From: a virus
Virus record (IMG/VR): IMGVR_UViG_3300010413_000011
Span: 1-64,000 of that record
Length of the DNA: 64,000 bases
Strand: one strand, 5' to 3'
The notes beneath the pieces are model-generated. The model was not told the origin of the DNA, searched no databases, and saw nothing but the letters and a program-made list of their open reading frames with translations. How positions within the stretch are numbered: the stretch's first letter is position 1; each line of letters opens with the position of its first letter. A program made the translations under genes and the position numbers. Shown here piece after piece: positions 1 through 7,715 of the stretch.

Positions 1-1
1 T

Positions 2-379
2 CATACAGCAAGACTATCGTTTTTAAATCAAATGGACAGTATTATCGAAGAGTATAATCGTTTTGATCCTATACTTTGTGGAATAGAGGCTAACGGTTTT
101 CAGTTTGTTATGTCTGATACTTTACGAACTCATAGTGATCTCCGAGTCACACCGATCACAACCTTAAAGGATAAAGAAAGTCGAGCATATAAATTTTCAG
201 CAGTAACCGAAGGTGGTCATTTATTTGTTAAAAGGAGTATGCATCGACTCGTTGCGGATTTAATTTCGTTTCCGAATAAAACAGATTTATTTGACGCCCT
301 CGATCTTGCTTATCAAACATCTAGAAAGAAGAGGCGTCGTAGGCTGCGAAGTCGCGAGGACGAACCCGGATTGATTTAA
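2..379 (+). CDS. terL: Terminase large subunit, C-terminal nuclease domain (5' partial)
   Basis: Frame is open from base 2. GIEANGFQ, KDKESRA and FPNKTDLFDALDLA match Terminase_6C-type motifs; lies directly upstream of the portal. Confidence 0.85.
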   Translation, partial: HTARLSFLNQMDSIIEEYNRFDPILCGIEANGFQFVMSDTLRTHSDLRVTPITTLKDKESRAYKFSAVTEGGHLFVKRSMHRLVADLISFPNKTDLFDALDLAYQTSRKKRRRRLRSREDEPGLI

Positions 380-394
380 GAAGGAGGCTATGTT

Positions 395-2170
395 ATGACA
401 AAACGTTTTGTTAAAAAGGATGAGGCAACGAATGTTTCAATAACGGGACAAGAAATGATTGTCCCGATTGAGGAACGACTCGATCGCAGAACTGTTCTCA
501 AGGCAATGGTGATCGGACCTGACGAAGGACTTCCCTATTCCAAAAATAGTCCGTGGGATAATGCCTCTTTTCCTTATATAGAGCCACCGTTTGATTTATT
601 TCAATTATCTTTATTGCCAGAAAATAACGCGGAGCTGTCAGGTTGTATTGATGCCATGAAAATTAATATTGATAGCTTCGGTCATCGTTTTGTTCCGCGG
701 CCTTGGGTTAAAGATTCAGAAGAAAGTGAGGTCCAGGCGGAGCAACTCGAGTTGATTAATTTTTTCGATAATTGTAATCCAATCAAAACTTTCACAACTC
801 TTCGAGAGGATCTTAGGTCCGATTTGGAGAAAACCGGAATCGGTTTTTTGGAAGTTATTCCAAATTTGAAGGACGCTAGTAAAATTGAGGCCTTCGAACA
901 TTTGGAATCTTATACAATGCGACTAACTGGACTTGACAAAAAACCGATTCGGGTCACTTTCCAAAAATTAATTCTTACCAAAGATGGTCCTGAAATCAAA
1001 ACGGTTCCTACGTTAAGAAAATTTAGGAGATTCGTTCAATACAAAAACGGTAATTATGTATGGTTCAAGGAATGGGGCGACCCTCGGCAAATATCGATCG
1101 AGGATGGAACAGTTTCGGCAACCAAACTTCCTTACTCGAAGCAGGCCAACCCAGTTATATATTTCAAGATATACTCTCCTCGTTCACCGTATGGTTTGCC
1201 TCGTTTTATGGGATCACTCTTGACGATGTACGGGATGCGATCAGCGGAAAATATTAACTACGCAACACTTCATAACAATAATATTCCTAGCGTACTGATG
1301 TTAGTAGCTGGCGGCGCCTTAACTCCAGGTTCTGTCGATCGAATAAAAGAATTCGTTAACGCTAGTCGTACTGGAATGAATTTTAGTCGATTTTTAATCA
1401 TAGAAGCTGAACCCCTAGAAGAAGGATACGAAGCTTCTTCGTCTACTAAGGTTCAATTAAAGGCACAACCAATGGCAAACCAACAGAAAACCGACGCAAT
1501 GTTTGTCCAATATGACGACAAAGGCGCAGCGAAAATCAGGACGACCTTTAGAATACCAGGTATTGTCCTAGGAAAAGGAGAGAACTATGGAAGAGCAACG
1601 GCACTAGCTGGACTTCGCCAAGCGGATGAGCAGATATTTGGACCCGAAAGAGGAAAATTTGATGCCATCGTCGATAAGAGAGTACTGCTAACTCAAGGAT
1701 GGAAATACCATATGTATCGATCTAACGGACCAAGTACTACAGATAACACCGAACTCGCGGCCATATTGACTCGGGCTGAAAGAACTGGCGGTATGAATCC
1801 GAGAATTGCTAGGAAGATTATGAACCAAATTTTCGGTGAAGACCTCGGGAAGGTAACCAAAATAGATCCCGACATTCCGTTCACCTTACAATTGGCTGAA
1901 GCAGCTAAAAAATTGGCACCAGTAAACCAAGGTACGGTTGCAGGTATTACGGCACCCGGAGAACGGGCAGCTCAAGGAGTTGAAAGAGGAGTCGAAAAAA
2001 GAAAGCACGTGACGATAATAGTCGAGGAACTAAAACGACTTCGAAAAATGTTATCGGATGAAACCCAACCGGTTCTGGATGCGATCACCAATAAACTTTT
2101 AGAAGAGCAAGTTTCATTCGAGGAGGATTTCGATAACCTAGACGATCTTATGGAAGACTCAAATGTTTAA
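395..2170 (+). CDS. Phage portal protein (PBSX-like)
   Basis: DLEKTGIGFLEV, YSPRSPYGLPRF and NNNIPS motifs; AGGAGG RBS; position after terminase. Confidence 0.9.
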   Translation: MTKRFVKKDEATNVSITGQEMIVPIEERLDRRTVLKAMVIGPDEGLPYSKNSPWDNASFPYIEPPFDLFQLSLLPENNAELSGCIDAMKINIDSFGHRFVPRPWVKDSEESEVQAEQLELINFFDNCNPIKTFTTLREDLRSDLEKTGIGFLEVIPNLKDASKIEAFEHLESYTMRLTGLDKKPIRVTFQKLILTKDGPEIKTVPTLRKFRRFVQYKNGNYVWFKEWGDPRQISIEDGTVSATKLPYSKQANPVIYFKIYSPRSPYGLPRFMGSLLTMYGMRSAENINYATLHNNNIPSVLMLVAGGALTPGSVDRIKEFVNASRTGMNFSRFLIIEAEPLEEGYEASSSTKVQLKAQPMANQQKTDAMFVQYDDKGAAKIRTTFRIPGIVLGKGENYGRATALAGLRQADEQIFGPERGKFDAIVDKRVLLTQGWKYHMYRSNGPSTTDNTELAAILTRAERTGGMNPRIARKIMNQIFGEDLGKVTKIDPDIPFTLQLAEAAKKLAPVNQGTVAGITAPGERAAQGVERGVEKRKHVTIIVEELKRLRKMLSDETQPVLDAITNKLLEEQVSFEEDFDNLDDLMEDSNV

Positions 2171-3224
2171 TATTGAGAAATTTGTAAAGCGACTCGACGA
2201 ATTGTCCGATCATCTAGGACTAGCTTGGTTTATGTCCGAAAGTGAAGAGTTTCTAGCCGAGTTTGGAAAAGTTGAGGAGGTTCCATTTCTTTCGAAACAG
2301 GCGACTACCAAAACGGCTGATGCGATACAAAAATCTTTAACTCCTGCTTTAAGTGGTCAATATAATCAAAACTACTCAATAGTGATCGATGATGCCTTAA
2401 ATGCCTTGGAAAAGAGACGACCTAGCGGAGTTTGGAGAAAATCGGATATCGACTTTGTAACCAATCGAGTTTCTAAAGGTCTTTCGAAATCTTTAATTCT
2501 CGATCCTAAATTAATCGATCCAGCTGCTTCCTCTCTGTATGAATTAGAGCGAATCGCTATGGCCACAGAATTAAAAACACCATTGAAGTTGAGTGGAGTG
2601 GATAGACAGCTTCAAAAATTTTTACAAGACAACTCTAAGTATTGGGCTTCGAAGCTATCAGACGGAATAGATCCTCGAGTCACCGATATCATTTCCAATA
2701 CTCTGGGTGATACGGAATTAACTAGAAAGAATTCGTTAACCAAATTAAGGAAAGATTTATTGTCAGACACAGGAGTGCGTGGTCGAAAGGTTATCCGACC
2801 ACCAGGTACCGTAATACCTCCTGGTTGGAAAGGTAGTTTAAAGGATTATTACACCGGAATGACCCAAAATTTAAGAACACAAGCACAAAGTCTTGCGAGA
2901 ATTACTACCTTCGAATTAGCAGGCGTTGAATCTTTTAGAGTTACCGCGATACTCGATAACCGAACCTCTGACGTTTGTCAATTAATGGACGGAACTGTTT
3001 TTAGTGTAGCAGACGGAATTAGACTTCGCGATAAAATTTTGGCTATGAACAGTCCCGCCGACTTAAAAGAGGTAGCCGGATGGCGGTCAGTTAATGAAAT
3101 TAAGAGTATAAGTAAGGCACGGGGCGGGAGGATTAGTGGGCCTGGGGCGTCCCGACTAGCAAAGGCTGGTGTTGCGTTGCCACCTTATCATTTCAGATGT
3201 CGAACTGAAATTGTACCTATATAA
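2163..3224 (+). CDS. MuF/SPP1 gp7-like minor head protein
   Basis: AILDNRTSDVCQLMDG and PPYHFRCRT motifs; follows the portal. Confidence 0.88.
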   Translation: MFNIEKFVKRLDELSDHLGLAWFMSESEEFLAEFGKVEEVPFLSKQATTKTADAIQKSLTPALSGQYNQNYSIVIDDALNALEKRRPSGVWRKSDIDFVTNRVSKGLSKSLILDPKLIDPAASSLYELERIAMATELKTPLKLSGVDRQLQKFLQDNSKYWASKLSDGIDPRVTDIISNTLGDTELTRKNSLTKLRKDLLSDTGVRGRKVIRPPGTVIPPGWKGSLKDYYTGMTQNLRTQAQSLARITTFELAGVESFRVTAILDNRTSDVCQLMDGTVFSVADGIRLRDKILAMNSPADLKEVAGWRSVNEIKSISKARGGRISGPGASRLAKAGVALPPYHFRCRTEIVPI

Positions 3225-3330
3225 TACTTTTCCGAAAAATTTGCTGCACACTATACAATTTTATTTGATACCAACTTCTTCGTATGGGATCCTATCTCCT
3301 GTAAACGTATAAGTTCGACTGGAGTTTCGA

Positions 3331-4644
3331 ATGTCTAATGGGGATAACGAAAAAGTTGTGTCAATCTCTTCTGTAGAGAAGAGAGAAGTATCGAATTCTA
3401 TTAATTCGGTACTCGATCGGCTCGACGAACACGGCGAGGTACTTTTAGTTCCCGACTTCGTTTGTGCGGTCGGATCTTCTGTTACTAAAAATTCAACTGA
3501 ACCTTCCGATTCCGATCTAGACATTTTGTTTCGGCAAACCGATATCGACGAAAGTTTAATTTTAGCTTTCCATAAGGCTATAGGACGCGATTTAGAATTC
3601 CATGCCATTTTCAATCCTCGAGGACCGCACTCTGACTATATTGGTCTATTCGATCTCGTTTTAAAGAAAAAATCGGAATTCGTATATAAAATTCTCAAAC
3701 AAAAGGAACTCCAAGAAGAACCTGGACGAAAACCTACCGATCCTACTTCTGGTTTGACTATCAAAGAAGGCATGACAGGTCAATTTGTTATGCAAACTCA
3801 CAAACGGGGACAATCCGAACATACCGATCTACGACTTCATCCAACCTCGCCTAAAAAATACGAACATTTGGAAGGCGTAACTCTCAACACTCCAGGCTCT
3901 ATCGGAGAAAGGAATAAAGCACTCAATCCAGAGGGTAACGAAAAAATTCTTGTCGAGTTTAAAAAACCACAACCACTAGCATGGTTAAGGTTTGAAGGTG
4001 AAACGAAACCGGGAGAAGTCGGAGCCACAACCAATTATCCAGGTGTTTTTAAAATCGTCGACAAAGGATCTTGGAGAGCTGGAGTTCAAGAACCTCATTT
4101 CAAAGAATTTGAATTCGAAGGCAATCGATTTAAAGGGCGATGGATTTTAACATTCGCTCCGTTGCCTCGAGGCGGTGAACAAGTCCGGGTGTGGTTATTG
4201 TCGAAGCCTGAAGATCAGGTCTTAAACGCAGATAAAGAGAAGGAGGAAACCATAGAGAAACAAAAGGGCGAAGTCTCGATTGTAAAGATCGACGAATATC
4301 GCAGATTGGTAACCGGTGAAGTATTAGTACCTGATGAGTACGACAGTCAAGGCGACATCTATGATGAGAGAACAATAGAAGATGCGGCGCATGAGTTTTT
4401 GGCGAAATATCGCCAGGGAAGTGCCACCCTCGGATTCATGCATCAGCAACTCGACGTTCCTATAGAGTTGGTTGAGTCCTTCATCGCTCCAATTGCGTTT
4501 AATATAGAGGAAAAGAAGATAAAGAAAGGAACTTGGTTGATTACTGTCAAGATTTTGAACGATGCAATTTGGAATCACATCCTTGATGGTAACTTGACTT
4601 CGTTTTCAGTCGCCGGAAAGGCTCTTGCTAGGCCGGTTATATAA
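3331..4644 (+). CDS. Multidomain head protein: Pol-beta-type nucleotidyltransferase-like + LigD 3'-phosphoesterase-like + XkdF-like prohead protease
   Basis: N-terminus VGSS..DSDLDIL; middle FVMQTH..HTDLRL..FEG..DKGSW..GRWIL; C-terminus LVTGEVLVPD..DSQGD..AAHEF..GFMH..VESFIAP..GTW..SFSVAG. Confidence 0.75.
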   Translation: MSNGDNEKVVSISSVEKREVSNSINSVLDRLDEHGEVLLVPDFVCAVGSSVTKNSTEPSDSDLDILFRQTDIDESLILAFHKAIGRDLEFHAIFNPRGPHSDYIGLFDLVLKKKSEFVYKILKQKELQEEPGRKPTDPTSGLTIKEGMTGQFVMQTHKRGQSEHTDLRLHPTSPKKYEHLEGVTLNTPGSIGERNKALNPEGNEKILVEFKKPQPLAWLRFEGETKPGEVGATTNYPGVFKIVDKGSWRAGVQEPHFKEFEFEGNRFKGRWILTFAPLPRGGEQVRVWLLSKPEDQVLNADKEKEETIEKQKGEVSIVKIDEYRRLVTGEVLVPDEYDSQGDIYDERTIEDAAHEFLAKYRQGSATLGFMHQQLDVPIELVESFIAPIAFNIEEKKIKKGTWLITVKILNDAIWNHILDGNLTSFSVAGKALARPVI

Positions 4645-4675
4645 CGACTGGAACCTTTCGAATGGGAGGTAAACA

Positions 4676-5437
4676 ATGACAACTGAATGCGAAGAACCAA
4701 AAGCCCGAAGGCGTAGGCTTCTGAAGATCGACGTCGATGAAATTTCGGTCGTCGACCAAGGGGCCAACAAACGGGAATATTTGGTCGTAAAAAACAGCGA
4801 AGGAGGTAACAAAGAAATGTCGGAAGAAGAGATCAAAAAGGATCAGACTGATGATAATTCTCCTCCGAACGACGATGACGGCAATATCGGAAAGAAAACC
4901 GATGTGAAAAAGGTGGATACCGAAGCCCAGGCCAGTTCGTCGAAGGATGAGAACGCGTCACAGACCGATCAGTCGGAAGCCGGCTCCGATGAGTCCGGAT
5001 CGTCCAATGACTCTTCCACCGAAAAAGTCGACGTCGAGAAACAGGAAGCTGCTCTTCGGAAAGTGATGGGCGAGGCCATCAAAATGATGGAACAGTTCAC
5101 CAAAAAGATGAAGGGTGCCCTCGACAAATCTTACGGAACGCCCGTGAAAAAGGAGGAAGTCAAGAAAGGCGCCTCCGAAGACGACGATCCGTTGGTAAGT
5201 CTTTCCGTTACCGTCCAGGAACTGGCGAAGAGATTCGATGAGCAGTTCCCACCCAAGAAGGCGGACAAGAAAGGCGACGACTCGGTGGAACAGGCGATCG
5301 AAAAAGCGATCAAACCTTTCAAGGACCGTATTAAGGAACTCGAGGAGTCCGTGGGAATCTCCAAGGGAGAGGAAACGGACGAGACCGACGCCCCGATTTC
5401 GAAAAAAGAGGGCGAAGGTTGGAACGGGATCCTTTAA
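4676..5437 (+). CDS. Capsid scaffolding protein with N-terminal protease-like strand; probable internal in-frame start at 4817
   Basis: LLKIDVDEISVVDQGAN at the N-terminus, then an acidic and coiled-coil body; second AGGAGG at 4801 before the in-frame ATG at 4817; upstream of the capsid gene. Confidence 0.75.
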   Translation: MTTECEEPKARRRRLLKIDVDEISVVDQGANKREYLVVKNSEGGNKEMSEEEIKKDQTDDNSPPNDDDGNIGKKTDVKKVDTEAQASSSKDENASQTDQSEAGSDESGSSNDSSTEKVDVEKQEAALRKVMGEAIKMMEQFTKKMKGALDKSYGTPVKKEEVKKGASEDDDPLVSLSVTVQELAKRFDEQFPPKKADKKGDDSVEQAIEKAIKPFKDRIKELEESVGISKGEETDETDAPISKKEGEGWNGIL

Positions 5438-5474
5438 TCGATCCTTGATCAAATTTTAAAAGGAGGAATAGAAC

Positions 5475-5783
5475 ATGTCAAGTACTGTTCTGGCAACCCG
5501 GCAGAGCGCCTTTCTCGGCGCTGGTGCTGCGGTCGAGATCGAGGAAACCGGTGTCGACTGGAAGGCCTTCGCTCTCCTCAACGTAACGGATCTGATCCTT
5601 TACGTAAAGACGAGGATGGACAAGGGAGAGGCGTGCACGGTTCTTCAGAACCATGACACGACTCAGATTTCCAGGGTCGCCGAGGATGGAAACGGAATCG
5701 TCCTCGACGGCGACAAAGTAACCATCAACGCGGCTGTGGCTGTGGCTGACAAAGAATTCATCTACCTCGGCTTTATCGTATAA
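5475..5783 (+). CDS. Probable head decoration/cement protein
   Basis: Strong RBS, C/G-ending codons like the capsid gene, located between scaffold and capsid. Confidence 0.5.
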   Translation: MSSTVLATRQSAFLGAGAAVEIEETGVDWKAFALLNVTDLILYVKTRMDKGEACTVLQNHDTTQISRVAEDGNGIVLDGDKVTINAAVAVADKEFIYLGFIV

Positions 5784-5831
5784 AGCCTGTGGGTGGACGG
5801 ATCGAAAAATTAAATAAGGAGGAATTATAAC

Positions 5832-7025
5832 ATGCCTACGAACGAAGAACTTATTCAAAAGGGAACGATCGTAGCAGAAGACCTGGCCGCGGCGGGAAAG
5901 CTCAATCCCTGGCAGTCAAACAAGTTTCTAGACTATGTGTTCGACGAAACCTGGCTCCGGAAGATTGCGCGGACCGTCAAATTCAAACCCGAGAGCGCCA
6001 AGATCGACAAAATCGGTGTTGGACGCAGGGTGGCGATGGCGAAGAAGTCTGCTACCGATCCTGGCAAACGGCGGAAGATCAGTACCTCTGCGATTGAACT
6101 GACGCCCCGGGAGATCATCGTCCCATTCGAGATCGAAGACGCCTTCAAAGAGATCAACATCGAAGGTGACAATGTCGAAGATCATATCATCAAAATGATG
6201 GCGACTCAGGCCGGCAACGACGTTGAGGAATTGTCGATTCGCGGAGATATACTCGGAGAGGCGGCGCTGGAAGGCGACCTGTTCGACGGAGGCTCCACGA
6301 CTCGGTATATCAAAGACGAATTCCTGGCCTTGGTCAACGGCTGGTTACGGCTCGCCGACAGCGGACACCAGGTGGACGCAGGGGGAACGGCAATCGAGTC
6401 TTCGATCTTTGGCGACTTGATCAAGGCCCTCCCTCACAAATTTTCCCGCGACAGATCCAAGCTGAAATTCTTCTGCTCTCCGACTCTGGAGCAGGAGTAC
6501 AGAGAAAAAGTGTCCACCCGTTTGACGGCAACCGGCGACGCGGCTTTGATGTCGAAGCTGAACCTCACTCCGTATGGGATCGAGTTGGTCCCTGTTCCGC
6601 TGTGGCCCGACAATCCGGTTGTGGTCGAGAACATCACAATGACTGGCACCGGCGCCCACAACTTGAGGTTCAACCATCTTCCGACGGCCGGGTCTTTCGT
6701 AGTAACCACCAGTACTCTCGCGGAAATCCCTGAGAATGCATATGCGGAAACGACCGACTACACAATCGACCGGACAGCCGGTACCATCACCAGAGTTGGC
6801 GGCGGATCGATCACCGATGGGCAGGTTGTCAAGGTCACCTACGAAACCGGACCGGTGGTCATCTTGACTCACATACAGAATTTCATCGTGGCCATTTCTC
6901 GGGACGTCAGGATCGAGAAGGACCGGAACATCTTCAGGACTGTCAACGAGTACGCGATCACCTTAAAAACCGATGTCCAGATTGAGGAAGTCGACGCGCT
7001 GGCCAAAGCTTCTAACATCGGCTAA
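5832..7025 (+). CDS. Major capsid protein (HK97 fold, XkdG-like) with an inserted beta-rich domain
   Basis: GKLNPWQSNKFLD, INIEG..EDHI, GNDVEEL..GD and IEKDRNI motifs; 397 aa; strong RBS. Confidence 0.9.
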   Translation: MPTNEELIQKGTIVAEDLAAAGKLNPWQSNKFLDYVFDETWLRKIARTVKFKPESAKIDKIGVGRRVAMAKKSATDPGKRRKISTSAIELTPREIIVPFEIEDAFKEINIEGDNVEDHIIKMMATQAGNDVEELSIRGDILGEAALEGDLFDGGSTTRYIKDEFLALVNGWLRLADSGHQVDAGGTAIESSIFGDLIKALPHKFSRDRSKLKFFCSPTLEQEYREKVSTRLTATGDAALMSKLNLTPYGIELVPVPLWPDNPVVVENITMTGTGAHNLRFNHLPTAGSFVVTTSTLAEIPENAYAETTDYTIDRTAGTITRVGGGSITDGQVVKVTYETGPVVILTHIQNFIVAISRDVRIEKDRNIFRTVNEYAITLKTDVQIEEVDALAKASNIG

Positions 7026-7056
7026 ACGGCATCGCTAAACGTCTAGGAGGCGGATT

Positions 7057-7311
7057 ATGAAAGCGAAAATAACATTGTTACAAGGTCTTTCAAAGTCCTG
7101 CAGGTCTCCGAAGGTTCTGATCAGGAAAAACAAACCTTTGGTGACCGAGGATCCGAAAGTAATTGCGTACTTCAAAAGAGAATCTGGAGTCCAAGTTGAG
7201 ATTCTTCCTGAGAAGGGAAGGCCGCCGAAGGAAGTTGCGGAAGCTGATGCGGCTGCCAACGGACAGCAGGTTAAGAAGAAACGCAAGAAACTGGTAAAGA
7301 AGGACGACTAA
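7057..7311 (+). CDS. Small basic hypothetical protein
   Basis: AGGAGG RBS; follows the capsid gene and precedes a terminator. Confidence 0.6.
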   Translation: MKAKITLLQGLSKSCRSPKVLIRKNKPLVTEDPKVIAYFKRESGVQVEILPEKGRPPKEVAEADAAANGQQVKKKRKKLVKKDD

Positions 7312-7318
7312 CTAAATA

Positions 7319-7350
7319 AGGGCCGGGTCGAAAGGCCCGGCCCTACTTTT
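7319..7350 (+). terminator. Intrinsic terminator after the capsid operon
   Basis: AGGGCCGGGTC-GAAA-GGCCCGGCCCT hairpin followed by ACTTTT. Confidence 0.85.
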
Positions 7351-7363
7351 AAGGAGTGCTATC

Positions 7364-7648
7364 ATGCCAACACAAAGTTGCAAAGATATGTTTTATGCAG
7401 AAGAGTCAGTAGGAGATTCCTATTCGAGTACTCCCTACGAATTTGATTTCGACAGTGTCGGGATGACCTTAATTAACGACTCGGCTCAAGATCTTTTCTT
7501 CTCTGTGGACGGTCAAAGCGACTATGGAAGAATAACACCATCGGACCGGACAATTTCTTTCGACAATTTTTCTATCAGAAAGGTGTGGGTCCGAGCAACG
7601 GCCGGTCAGACCGTAGATTTTCGCCTTTGGAGTTGGCCTGAAACGTAA
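7364..7648 (+). CDS. Hypothetical beta-rich virion protein
   Basis: AAGGAG RBS; 94 aa beta-strand-like ORF in the structural region. Confidence 0.55.
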   Translation: MPTQSCKDMFYAEESVGDSYSSTPYEFDFDSVGMTLINDSAQDLFFSVDGQSDYGRITPSDRTISFDNFSIRKVWVRATAGQTVDFRLWSWPET

Positions 7649-7715
7649 TATCTTCATAATAAATTGATTGGAGAAACGTCGATCACTATACTATGGAGAT
7701 ATTAGGAGGGTTACT

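Noticed and set aside
4640-4680. Frameshift or readthrough fusing protease and scaffold
   Set aside because: The genes are in different frames and a TAA at 4670-4672 closes the scaffold frame upstream of its ATG.
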